This document shows, one piece after another, positions 26,400 to 38,399 of a DNA stretch of 64,000 bases (within the stretch, counting starts at the first letter, position 1; every line of letters begins with the position of its first letter). The notes beneath the pieces were generated by a model. The model had not been told where the DNA came from. It ran no database searches and saw only the letters and a list, made by a program, of their open reading frames with translations. Location of the stretch: positions 45,634,001 to 45,698,000 of the forward strand of contig NW_024704743.1 in the NCBI RefSeq assembly GCF_018977255.1, read 5' to 3'. This DNA comes from Callorhinchus milii. Its lineage: Eukaryota. The position numbers and the translations under genes were made by a program.

Positions 26400-27572
26400 A
26401 TAGACAAAGCCATTTCCGATCATCATTGCATCTCCTTTAACTCCTCACTCCCTCTCCTCAACGCCAGCAAACCCACCTCCATCTCCTACCGCCCCTGGAA
26501 AAAAATCTCCCCACAATCCCTCTCCACTGCCCTGGAGTCATCTGAACTCCTCCCCATCTGGCCTACCTCCCGCACTGATTTATCCTCCGCTCACTCTCCT
26601 CCACAACTCCCTCTCTCCCACTCTTGATGCCCTTGCCCCCCCTCACCACCTGAACCTCACCCTGGGACAGCAACCACTTCCGCTCCCCCAAGGGTCAGGT
26701 GTGGGCTGCCGAACGCACCTGGCTAAAGTCTGACCTAACAGTCCATCGGTAGATCTGGCTGGACCACATCAAAACTTACCACTCCGCCCTTGCCTCCGGC
26801 AAATCATCCTTCTACTCCAAGATAATCTTGGAGGCGAAGGACAACCCCAGACTTCTATTCTCCACCACAAACCGGCTCCTTTATCCACCCTCCCACACCT
26901 CGTCCATTCTCTCCTCAAACTGTGAGGAGATGCTGGATTTCCTCAAGTCCAAAAATCGAGGGGAACCGTTCAGCTGCCTCCACCCTCCCAACCGCCACTC
27001 CCTCCCCATCTCCCTCCCACACTCCAACTTCTACCCATCCTTCCCTCCACATCTTCAAACCTGTCTCTCATTCCTCTCTCATCACCACCATATCCAGCAT
27101 GAAATACACCACCTGCTCCCTTGACCCCATCCCCACCCCTCTCCTTACCTCCCAGCTCCACCTCCTCGCCCCTCTACTCTCCACCACCATCAATCTCTCC
27201 CTATCATCTGGCACCATCCCCACCCCCCTAAAAACAGCTGCGGTTACCCCCATCAATCTGTCCGCTCCCTCCATTCAGCAGGCTCCGGCCTACTCAACGC
27301 CTGCCGCCCGACCCACCCTACTATCGTCGGCCGGGTTTTTAGTCTCTCTGCCCCACCATCTGGAACTCCATCCCACAATCCCTTCACCTTGCTCCCTCGC
27401 TTGCCTCCTTCAAGGCAAGACTCAAGACCTTTTTCAACCATGCTTTCAGCCGCCCTCTGCCCTCTCTCACCCGAACCCTGCCCCCCTCGTTCGGATCCTG
27501 ATCTCTGACTGTTGAGCGCCTTGGGATGTTCTCCTAAAGTGAAAGGTGCTTTACAAATGTAATTTTGTTATT
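26400..27572 (+). mobile_element. L2 LINE ORF2 fragment with internal deletion and 3' end
   Basis: KDNPRLLFSTTNRLL, TTCSLDPIPT, INLSLSSGTIPTPLKTAAVTPI motifs; jumps to the 3' end near 27255. Confidence 0.9.
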
Positions 27573-29794
27573 ATAGTCAGCCTATAATATACAGTCAATT
27601 CACTTTACAGTACATTCTGAGACGCCTTGAAGATGTGATAAGGCACTGTATTAAATCCAAGGATTATTATTATTATAAAATGTTTCTTATATACTAATAC
27701 TCCTTGTATTTGATAGAGTCTTTCAATCTGGAGGCCATCTCAAAGCACTTTACAGGATTTACTGCAAAGTGTTGGGACTGCATTTTGTAGTCATGGCAAC
27801 CAATTTGCACACACCAATGTTCCACGAGCATCCATGAAGTGAGTGAGCAATGGAAGATTGTTGGCCAGGACACTGGGTGAGCTACTGACAGTATTATACC
27901 TATGAATGTATCAAGTCAGATCTCCTGTTTGCAGAGGCAACAAAAGATTTAACACAAGACACAAAATACCAGTTCCTTCCTAAGACAGGCTTGGCTTCAG
28001 AGAAACGGTGTAAAAGCAGCATTACATTGATAGCTCTCTAAGGTCTCCTCCTTCTCTATTCAAGCCTGCAGAGTCCCAGGTTCTTTAGCTCTTCTCATAG
28101 CTCTTCCAAGAAGATGGAAATAACTTGACCTTGTATTTGTTTTTTCACACTGTTCAAACATCTTTGAAAAATAAGATGCCAAGAATAGTAGATTACCTGC
28201 TATGTTTCCAGTCTCCAATTGCTAAATGAGAAAAATCCTCAAATTGCATTATTATTTAAGGTCACTTTAAGATAGTCAAATAACTGGTGAATCGGAGTTC
28301 ACTTTGGTCACAATTTTTCAACTTCACTGGAACTGAACACATCTGTAAATATTGAGCCAATCCCACTGCACCTATGATTTTAAATTATAGGACAAGATTT
28401 ACATGAAAGCCTCAGTTATGACAATCCTGCACTTTGTGTGCTGCATTTTTGAAACCGCTCCACTCCTTACATAAATGGAAGTTCAGGGCAGTTTCTCAAT
28501 AAATAATTATTGGTGCATTCTCATTTTCAAGAAAGGTAATACAACTATTTATATAATTAGGTTACACAAAATTGCTTCACATAAAATTGTTCTTCACCCA
28601 TATACTGCCTTGGAACATCATGGACTAGGTCACTCATACATAAGAACATAAGAAATGCCAGATGAAAAGACCAAGGTCCATCTAGTTCGCCTTCCACCTT
28701 CCTAGCGGTCACTTGCACAAATGTCCCGAACTACCTATCTAATACTGGAAATATTAATACATTTTAAAGATCATAAACCAGTCCTGTTCTTTTAATCAAA
28801 TGCTCAAAAAATCTATTGTTATCTAAGAAATTCAAGCTATGAAAGATGCATAAGAAAGCCCAGCACCTCTAGTCAATCAGTGTGTGTCTTGTACTCATGT
28901 CTAAATGCTCTGAGACGCTACCCCATGTGAAAGGCGCTACATAAATGCAAGTAGTTGTTGCCTCAAAACGTTTGAGGTTTGCATCCAAATCCAAAAACAG
29001 TCTCAATATCACTGTCTGTTTGCAGCCCAAAAAAATCCATTGTTATCTAAGATTAGTCAAATCACTTTACAGTATATTCTGTGAAGCGTTTTTAGACTTC
29101 TCGAAGATGTGATAAGGCGCTGTATCAAATGCAAGGATTATTATTATTATAAGATACCATTCGCTGATCGCTAAAAGTAGTGGTCTTTCAACTATGTCTT
29201 TTTTACCTCCAGAGACCGATCTGTCCTTCCAAGTCCTGCCGATGAGCCGCCTGGCTGTGGCACCCAGGAATACTGTGGACCCACCTGGCTCAGGAATCGA
29301 CAACTGAGCCACCATAGAGGGCTGACTTGATTATGACATTCAGTTGCCAAACATGTCACCTTGGAGCCAGTTCACCTCCAACGACACCCTGATCACCCAA
29401 ATCAATTTTATAATTTTTTTCCCCAAAATTCTCACCCTTTTCTCCAAATAGTTACAGCTACTCTTAATTGTTTTAAATGTCCTGTAACTAGAGCCTTATA
29501 AAGCGAGATGAATAAAATCCCAACCGACTTTGCAACTGAGCTAAGGTAGCCATTTTTCACTGCGCATGCACACAGCTGACTAGTTCAGTCCATTGGCCTG
29601 TGCTTAAAAAAGGCCAACTTTCGGGTCATTCTGGATGTCTTATGCACAGCGCACAGGAAGTGACATCAGTGGTGACTTACTGACCCAGAATTTGGGCATT
29701 TTAACGCACGGAAATGGGCAGTGCAGGAACTGGGCCAGCAGACTGGGGTCCACACACCGTTTGAGTTACCTGGTGTGAACTCGAAGTCCACAGT

Positions 29795-30110
29795 GCAGTC
29801 CTGTAGTTCAGTGGTTAGAGCACTCGCCTCGCAAGCGAGAGACTTGGGTTTGATTCCCGACAAGGGGGAAACCATGGGGAAGTTTCCTTACTCCACACCT
29901 GATATTAATGCCTGATAATAATCCCTCAAGAAAAAAAATAATAATTTGGTCACTCAATCTACGACTGTATGTGGGACACTGCTGTGCACAATTGGCTGCC
30001 GCGTTTTACCCACAAATATACAGTCAATTCACTTTACGGTATATGCTGTGAAATGCTTTGAGACGTCTAGAAGATGTGAAAAGCGCTATATAAATGCAAG
30101 GAATATTATT
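29795..30110 (+). mobile_element. tRNA-derived SINE, short form
   Basis: Head, aagtttccttactccacac, Deu-type tail. Confidence 0.9.
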
Positions 30111-30522
30111 GAAGAAGCATATTATAAAGGGACTGCCCTGTTTATATTTCTTCAATTTGCCTCTTCTATTTTCTCCAAACTTGGTGGTGTCCTCCACTAT
30201 GGGTCCTGACCATTCACCTAGGCTTCTCAATGAGGAGAAAATCCCACAAATACTCAAAAAATACTCAAACTAGACTTTATACATATGCAAAAGAAGAATT
30301 GGAGTGGCCAGAAGTTGAAGTGCAGAAGCTGAAAATGAAAATGAAGATGGCAGGTGCTGTAGTTCTAAAGTTGTAAACCGGTTTGTAAGGTAAGAGCATA
30401 GTAAAGATGCTTGTTCTTAACTTCATTTCCTGGGCAGGAAGTAACGTCAAAGCAGACATCTTGACCATCCTTACAACATGGTCCCTTGATGTCTCTTTAT
30501 ATCTGTGGATGTGCACCACACA

Positions 30523-30770
30523 AGGCAGGGTGAAACCTTGGGCAAGTTTCCTTACTCCACACGCCTAATAATAATCCCTCCAAAACAATAATAAATTGGT
30601 CATTTTCAATCCACGGCTGTTTATGGAAAACTGCTGTGCACAATTGACTGCCACATTTTGCCCACAAATATATGGTCAATTCACTTTACAGTATATTCTG
30701 TGAAGCGCTTTGAGACGTCTAGAAGACGCAAAAAGCGCTATATCAAATGCAAGAATTATGATTATTATTA
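30523..30770 (+). mobile_element. 5'-truncated SINE, short form
   Basis: Begins at ggcagggtgaaaccttgggcaag, ends in (att)n. Confidence 0.88.
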
Positions 30771-30944
30771 TAAAATATATTATTTTTATTTTTAAAAATG
30801 GCTGGGAGAATTAGCAAAAACAATCTTATTAAACATTCAGTTTTAATATTGTGAGCATTTTGAATGCTGCGTTTAGTTTTAGTTACCCAATTTTACGAAA
30901 AACATGTGCATTCAGCAATGATTCACACAATCAATACCTAGGAA

Positions 30945-31465
30945 TAAAAGAGTTCAGCTATGAAGAGAGGCTGAATAGACTTTGGGTTATATTCCTTGAA
31001 ACTCAGGGGATTAACGGGTGAAAGGCTTAAAATAACAAAGGGATTTGGAAAGCTAGATAGTGGATGATTTGGCCTCTGATAGAGGATTCTAAAACAAGGG
31101 GACATAAACTAAAAGATTAAGAGCAAGGATGGTTAGACATGAGATGAGAAAACAAGCCTCTAGTAAATGCAGTAACAACACTACAGTAAATCCTGTGAAA
31201 TGCTTTGAGACATCCTTCCAATGTGAAGGTAACTATATAAATGCAAGTATTATCATTTATTACTTCATACAGAGGGTGGTGAAAATGTAGAACACAAATG
31301 GTTCCACAGCATTAACTGGGAAGTTTAAAAGCAAAATACAGTAAGTAAATACTTGGGAAGTAATGCTATTTACAAGAACAAGGAAATCATACGGGACCAA
31401 AAGATCTACTGTGATCTGATAAACTGGTGGAATAATTGTGACAGGTTAAATGGCCTCTTATGTTC
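30945..31465 (+). mobile_element. Degenerate CR1 LINE 3' fragment with inserted SINE tail
   Basis: agctatgaagagaggctgaatagact (YEERL), aaaacaaggggacataa, agagggtggtgaaaatg, aatggcctc motifs. Confidence 0.7.
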
Positions 31466-32084
31466 TAAAGATATGTATTGGATGAAAAAAATATAACCTG
31501 AACATACTACAGCACGTGTTGTTGTACAAGATATAAAGTAAGTAGAAACCAAGATTTGCTTGGGCCGATTTTCTCCCTCCCCCCCACTTTCCTGAATCCC
31601 ACCTGCAGCCCAACCAGAATCTTGATGTTCCTAAATCACTTGAAGCTTGCTCTTAGTTTGAGAACATATGAACGTAGGTGTGTCAGCCTGACTCATCACA
31701 GAGTGAGATGAGTATATCAAGTCCCACATTGAGACTCGGAATCACCTCGTCTAAGATGACACTTCAATGCAGCGCTGGGGGGTGTTGATTTGTCGGAGTT
31801 GCCATCCTTTAGATGAGTCATTAAGCCAAGGTTTGAGACGTTACGCCCACAAAGGTAGTCAATTCACTTTACAGTATATTCAGTGCAGGGATTTGAGACG
31901 TCTAGAAGACGTGAAAAGTGCTATATCAAATGCAAGGATAATTATAACCCCCAATAAGATTTATGATCACTCCAGTTATCCCTCTAACCTCAAGCAATAG
32001 GTCAGTTCTCACTAATTCTCTCCCCCCTACTTTCCTGAATCTCGCCTGCATCCCAACCGGAATCCGGATGGTTTCACTGGCTCA

Positions 32085-32290
32085 AACAAGTTCACTCCAC
32101 CTCTCCCAAGTGGCTATTTTTCACTTGTGAGCCCGGACAGTGAACATCACCAGGTTAGTTAAACCTTAGAGGGAATCACAGCTAAGGCCAATCCTGTTCT
32201 CACTTCCTCCACACATTCACATGGTGCAGGAACAGTCACTGGATGGCAATTAGATACAGAAACTCCAGCCAGCCAAGATGAACTAAATTT
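32085..32290 (-). mobile_element. AmnSINE2-like relic
   Basis: Reverse complement of motifs in 3145-3440 (cactggatggcaat, ccaatcctgttctcac). Confidence 0.55.
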
Positions 32291-33314
32291 ACTGTAGCCT
32301 CTTCCACTTTTCTGCACCCCAGCTGAAATCAACAAATGTCTCAAACTGAGCAGGCAGTGCGTGGATTTTAACAAAAGTAGGCAGATAGTGGATTGCATGC
32401 ACAACGTCTGAATAATGCGACTCCGAGGAGCAAACCGTGAGACTGGACCACAACATCTCTACTAACACGCTAAATAAGTCCTGAATAAACACATCAATAC
32501 AAAAGATAATTTACAGGTAATTAAAGAGGAGTCCGTGCCTCTCCAGTCATTCCACTTTCCTATCAGACCACACAACAGGACTAATCGGTTCTTCGTAAAT
32601 CACTCAAAACTTCTTTCAAGAAGAGTGGTACAGCAGAGAGAAATTAGAGACAGGGAATAGAGGCGCAATTGATAAACAGAGGTGTCTCCCTCTCCTCTCT
32701 CGGTGTCTCTCTGCCCCCCTCATCTATGGTCTCTGCTCGCTGGCTCTTACCCCAGGTCTTTCATCTCTGACCATACTCAGGCGGGGTCTCTCTCTTTCTG
32801 CTCTTTGGTTTCTCTTAACTCTCTGGGTTCTCACCATGTTCAGCAGAGTCATTCTCTCACCTGGGCTCTCCTCAGGATCAGTCTCTCTCACTCACTGTCA
32901 CACACTCTGCTCTCATCAGGCTCAGTTTCATACTCACTGACTCTGGGCTCTCACCAGGCTCAGTCTCTCACTCATTGGGGGGGGTAAGCGGAGTCTGCTT
33001 GGAGCTGAACTGGCTCCAAGGTGACATGCTTGGCAATGGAATGACGGAGTAGAGCCAGAATAGACCCTCTGTGGCGGTCTTGCACACTCTGGGGTCCCCA
33101 AGTCTTGGCTCTTGCCAACGTGCGCCTAATACTTTCCCGAATTAGATAAGCAGGATGCGTCCGGCCAGGGAGTGAGTGTGGATTCCATTCCAACAATCTA
33201 TCTCTGGGATTTCCACGTGTAGCTGGGATGCACGGAAATCTCAGTCTGGTTTGGATACTCTTAAACGCGGCGATGGGTTTCCGCATGTGTCGGACACCCG
33301 GCTGACCAAAAAAA

Positions 33315-33415
33315 GCTGAACAAAAAACAGAAGTCGCTGGGAACACCAGCAGGTCAGGCAGCACAGTGACAGCGCAGGGCTACTGTTCTGCCTAACCTGC
33401 TGAGTGTTCTGTTTT
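33315..33415. mobile_element. Short fold-back remnant of the same Penelope terminal repeat
   Basis: acagaagtcgctgggaacaccagcaggtcaggcagca followed by the inverted tctgcctaacctgctgagtgttc; matches the arms at 3550-3590 and 4240-4280. Confidence 0.7.
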
Positions 33416-33924
33416 ACGTTTTTTTTAAATAAAAGTCTCTCACTCTCTGCTGTCACCAGGCTCAGGAGGCTCTCTCACTGGCGGCTGTACTCTCAGTCAG
33501 GCGCTCTCTCTCTCTCTCTCTCTAGACGCTAACACTCTCTCTCTCTTCTCTCTCTCTCTCTCTCGCCGTGGTCTGTGCTTTCACCAGGCTCAGTCTCATA
33601 GTCAGCCTCTCTCTCTCTAGTTACTCTGTGCTCTCACTTGGATCAGGAGGCTCTCTCTCACACTATATATGTCTATAACCAGGCTGATTCTCTGGTTGCC
33701 CTGGTCTCTCACCAGGCCCTCTGTACAATGTGCTCTCACCATGCTCAGGTTATTCTGGGCTCACTACGTTCTCACCAGGCTCAGTCTCATGCGTACTCTC
33801 TGGTCACTGTTTGCCCTCACCAGGCTCTCTTATGCTCTGGTCACAGTGTGCTGTGTTCTCTTTGCTGTGCTGTTTGTGCTCTTCCCACTGCTCTCTGTGT
33901 GTGCTCTCTGTGCTCTCTATCCTC

Positions 33925-34760
33925 TGTGCTCTGGTCTCTGTGCTCTGGTCCCTGTGGTCTCTGTGCTCTGGTCCCTGTGGTCCAGTCTCTATGGTCTGAT
34001 CCCTGTGCCCTGGTCCCTGGTCCCTGTGCCCTGGTCTCTATGCCCTGGTCCCTGTGCCCTGTGCCCTGGTCTCTGTGCCTTGGTCTCTGTGCCTTGGTCT
34101 CTATGCCCTGGTCCCCGTGCCCTGGTCTCTATGCCCTGGTCCCTGGTCTCTATGCCCTGATCCCTGTGCCCTGGTCTCTATGCCCTGGTCCCTGGTCCCT
34201 GGTCTCTATGCCCTGGTCTCTATGCCCTGGTCTCTATGCCCTGGTCCCTGGTTGCTGTGGTCTCTATGCCCTGGTCTCTATGCCCTGGTCCCTGGTTGCT
34301 GTGGTCTCTATGCCCTGGTCTCTATGCCCTGGTCCCTGGTCCCTGGTCTCTATGCCCTGGTCTCTATGCCCTGGTCTCTATGCCCTGGTCCCTGGTCCCT
34401 GGTCTCTATGCCCTGGTCCCTGGTCCCTGGTCTCTATGCCCTGGTCCCTGGTTGCTGTGGTCTCTATGCCCTGGTCTCTATGCCCTGGTCCCTGGTCTCT
34501 ATGCCCTGATCCCTGTGCCCTGGTCTCTATGCCCTGGTCCCTGGTCCCTGGTCCCTATGCCCTGGTCCCTGGTTGCTGTGGTCTCTATGCCCTGGTCTCT
34601 ATGCCCTGGTCCCTGGTCTCTATGCCCTGGTCTCTATGCCCTGGTCCCTGGTCTCTATGCCCTGGTCTCTATGCCCTGGTCCCTGGTCTCTATGCCCTGG
34701 TCTCTATGCCCTGGTCCCTGGTCTCTATGCCCTGGTCCCTGGTTGCTGTGGTCTCTGTGC
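33925..34760. repeat. Minisatellite built from 7-mers CCCTGGT and CTCTATG plus TGCTGTGGT
   Basis: Directly visible; abuts the exon-1 donor; source of the stop-free plus-strand ORFs. Confidence 0.97.
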
Positions 34761-34766
34761 TCTCAC

Positions 34767-34814
34767 CAGGCTCAGGAGGGGTCTCAGCTGCTCGTGCTGA
34801 CGGTTCTGTTCCAT
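34767..34814 (-). CDS. SLC4A7: SLC4A7 first coding exon (MEAD-type N-terminus), MEQNRQHEQLRPLLSL
   Basis: 16 codons ending phase 0 at CTG|gtgaga; resembles recalled human MEADGAGEQMRPLLTR; lies in a CpG island and joins in frame to exon 1191-1272. Confidence 0.9.
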
Positions 34815-35300
34815 TCTCCTCTCTGCTCCTCCAGTCACCAGCTTCTCGTCACTCTCCACGCACCAGCTCTCCGTCGCTCTGACTGACAGCCCCGCCCGCC
34901 ACTCAGCGACAGGCTCCATTAGCCGCAGTCCACCAATCAGAGGCCGCCTATCTCCATAATCCACCATTCAGAGCCCGCCTTTCTCCACAATCCACCAATC
35001 AGAGCCCGCGTCTCTCCACAATCCACCAATCAGAGCCGGCCTCGCTCCACAATCCACCAATCACAGCCGGCCTCGCTCCACAATCCACCAATCAGAGCCG
35101 GCCTCTCTGCGGGGCCGCCCAGTCTGTGTGAGGAAGCGGTGGTGTCAGTCGGGCAGTCGGGGCCCGCGGGGGGGGGGGGGGACCAGTGGGCGCGCGCGGC
35201 GGGTCTGAGACAAGGTCACGTGATCCCAGCGCCAAACAAAGCAGCCGTGTGAGCCACGTGACCCCCCAGCGCCCCAGCGCGGGGCAGCCACACCCACATC
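34780..35300 (-). promoter_or_regulatory. CpG-island promoter and 5' UTR of SLC4A7
   Basis: GC- and CpG-rich against an AT-rich background; CCAAT array 34930-35105; CACGTG E-boxes at 35217 and 35255; directly upstream of the first coding exon. Confidence 0.85.
34929..35105. repeat. ~31-bp tandem repeat, about 6 units, each with a CCAATCA box
   Basis: Unit approx. tccacaatccaccaatcagagcc(c/g)gcct(t/c)(t/g)c; one unit has ccattca. Confidence 0.95.
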
Positions 35301-35455
35301 TGCTGGGAGAGCAGGTGAGCCATGTGGGGGGGTGTGGGGGTGTGTGTGTGCATGTGGGGGGGGGGTGTACAACAGGGCCACAGAGAAGCAAACTGCACAC
35401 AATCTGCCTTGCACGCTATGGTGCAGTCTGCGGCTGCTACACTGTCATCACACGG

Positions 35456-35566
35456 ATTGGCTGCCGCGTTCGCCCACAAATATGCAGTCAATTCACTTTA
35501 CAGTGTGTTCTGTGAAGCGCTTTGGGACGTCCTCCCGACGTGAAAAGCGCTATATCAAATGCAAGG

Positions 35567-35607
<41 letters not shown>
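35456..35607 (+). mobile_element. SINE 3' half (duplicate of 35876-36015)
   Basis: One substitution and a longer (att)n relative to the downstream copy. Confidence 0.9.
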
Positions 35608-35679
35608 CCGGTTGTGATCATGTTATTTGCATTTCCTGTACAATCAACTTGGATGACATACGTTGGAGTCCTGGAGTGT

Positions 35680-36015
35680 GGAGTCCTGTAGCTCAGTGGT
35701 TAGAGCACTCGCTTTGCAAGCGAGAGACCTGAGTTCAATTCCAGGCAGAGGGCGAAACCTTTGGCAAGTTTCCTTACTCCACACAGAGCCTAATAATAAT
35801 CCCTTCAAAACCAAAAACAATAAATAAATTGGTCATTTTCAATCTACGACTGTTTGTGGGACATTGCTGTGCGCAATTGGCTGCCGCGTTCGCCCACAAA
35901 TATACAGTCAATTCACTTTACAGTGTGTTCTGTGAAGCGCTTTGGGACGTCCTCCCGACGTGAAAAGCGCTATATCAAATGCAAGGATTATTATTATTAT
36001 TATTATTATTATTAT
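35680..36015 (+). mobile_element. tRNA-Ala-headed SINE, young short form
   Basis: Intact head with TGC anticodon-like loop (ctcgctttgcaagcgag), tail and (att)n. Confidence 0.95.
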
Positions 36016-36369
36016 CCGGTTGTGATCATGTTATTTGCATTTCCTGTACAATCAACTTGGATGACATACGTTGGAGGTTTGCAGGAGCAGAGGATGTCCT
36101 CAGCAGCAGCGGCGGCGGCAGCAGGAGGAGTCCTCACAATATCCCGCTTGTCCTTCGGAGTAGTGATGTACAATATTGCCAATCAGACAAACCGCATTGT
36201 ATTGGCAGAGATCCTCCGCTTCCGCCCCATACCTGCGACTGTTTTGTTCCCTGTGTGATTTATGGTTCCTGTTTCAAAAACAATTCCCTTCTTGTACAGT
36301 TCCTCAGAACGAACTTGTCAAAGCGCCCGACAACGAAAGTTCTTTCGCAACCAAACCTATTCTTTTTTA

Positions 36370-37052
36370 ACATATTTCCCCCACCTCCGCAAAGTCGCAC
36401 GGCTCCGAAGCTGTTCTCACACCGCAGGCCACCGCAACCCTCGTACACGCCTTCATTACATCGAGGCTTGATAATGCAAACTCACTGCTTGTCGGCAACT
36501 CCCCAACTACTCCCTCCGTAGGCTGTAAATCATCCAGACCTCTGCAGCCTATGTCCTTTCCCGCACTAGGCTCCATGACCCTATCACCGACATCCTCGCC
36601 CGACTCCGCTGGCTTCCCATCACACAGAGGATACAGTTCAAGATCCTGGTCATCACCTTCAAAGCCCTCCACGGTCTTGCTCCCCATTACCTTGCCAACC
36701 TCCTAACCCCCTACCATCCTGTTCGCTCCCTCCGGCTCCAGCCTGCTTCATATCCCCCACCTCGCCCGCCCCACCATTGGCGGACAGGCCTTCAACCACT
36801 CTGCCCCCACCCTCTGTAACTCCATCCCGCAGTCCCTCTGTCTCGCCTCCTCCCTCGCCTCTTCAAGACCAATCTCAAGACCCTCCTTTTTGACCGTGCT
36901 TTCGATCTCCCTGCTTCACCCCTGCCCTCCACCCTCCCCAATCCTGACCGCCAGCTTGGGTCCAAAACACTGACTGTCCAGCACCTTGCGACGTCTCCCC
37001 GATGTGAAAGGCATTTTATAAATGTAATTTTGTTGTTGTTATTGTTGCTGTT
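36370..37052 (+). mobile_element. L2 LINE 3' fragment
   Basis: Homologous to 39260-39945; ends in (ttg)n. Confidence 0.9.
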
Positions 37053-37196
37053 GATCAAAACTTATGTGGAAACGATGTACAATGCCTGTTGCATTACTGC
37101 AATGGGAATTGTTGTCTAGTTTAGGGGTACNTTTTTTTAACTCTCTCTCCTTCACACACAGATGAGATATTAAACCATGGAACTGTTTGCCAGTTA

Positions 37197-37560
37197 TAAT
37201 AGTAATAATCCTTGCATTTGATATAGCACCTTATCACGTCTTCTAGACATCTCAAAGTGCTTCGCAGATATACTGTCAAGTAAATTGACTGCATGTTTTG
37301 TAGGCGAAACACAGCAGCCAATTGATTGTAGCAGTGTCCCACAAACAGTCTTGGATTAAGTGACCAAATTTTTTTTTAAGGAATTATTACCCCTAGAAAA
37401 GCGATCTGCCAATCGACTCACAACCGGGTTCCTACTTACTCCTAGGTGAACAGAGGCGTGTGGAGTAAGGAAACTTGCCCAACGTTTTGTTCTACCGGGA
37501 ATCAAACACAAGTCCTCTCGCTTGCGAGGTGCATGCTCATAACCATTAAGCTACAACCAC
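37197..37560 (-). mobile_element. tRNA-derived SINE, long form
   Basis: Reverse complement of 18277-18641. Confidence 0.88.
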
Positions 37561-38399
37561 TAAGGATCTTGTGGGTCTATTCGGCAAGAGAAGATAGTTT
37601 CCTGGCCAACAATCCCACAGATAGAAAATGGTCATTCACTTCATAGCTGTTTGTGGGACATTGTTTTGTGCATTCAGCTACAAAAATATAACAATAATAC
37701 TATAAATAATCCTTGCATTTGATATAGCGCCTTATCACGTCTGCAAGACATCTCAAAGCATTTCACAGAATATACAGTAAAGTGTGACTGTATTTTGTGG
37801 GCAAAATACTACAAAAATAGACAGTCCGACTGCAATTTGCAGTGAAGCATTTTGAGATGTCCTCCCAATGTTAAATCACTGTATCAAATGCAACGATTAT
37901 TATTATTTAAAAGGCACTTTTGAAGAGCACAAACAGCACAAGTCTCATTCATTTGGAGGAAGACGGCATACACTACCCTCTCTTTGCCAAGGCTAGCAAT
38001 ATGTATGGACCACAGACAAAACAGACTAAATAGTTTTAAAATATAATCAGGACCAAATAAGACCACTCCCTATTTAAAATTTGATTCTAACTTATATGCA
38101 GTACTGTTCATATTAGAGGAAAGTAGGTTGTAGGTCACTGTAAAGTCATTATAACAAGTTCCAACAAAATGAGTTTCTGTGTTTTAGTGCATGTGTTTCG
38201 GAGGGAATAAAATTAGTTGATGCATCTGGTTCCAATTCTATCTATAACTTTATTCTCAATCCAATATGGTAATCCTCCTTAATTTACACTATGTAAATGT
38301 GGCTGAGTTGCATGGCACAATTTTATTCAGTTGAAGTGTGAAAAATCATCAGTCATTGCTAAGGTATTGCAAATGATTTTTAACAACTTTGAAAGTGGT

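Noticed and set aside
33638..34886. 414-aa and overlapping Cys/Pro/Trp-rich ORFs on the plus strand
   Set aside because: Produced by a stop-free minisatellite that is open in several frames; antisense to SLC4A7 intron 1.
34929..35105. CRISPR-like regularly spaced repeats
   Set aside because: Contiguous tandem units without unique spacers, vertebrate context, no cas genes.
35680..35750. tRNA-Ala gene (also 18277, 24259, 29795, 40559, 55198)
   Set aside because: These are SINE heads: no proper acceptor stem, and each runs on into SINE body and tail.
35332..36258. ORFs with poly-Tyr or poly-Leu runs
   Set aside because: Translations of SINE (att)n tails.
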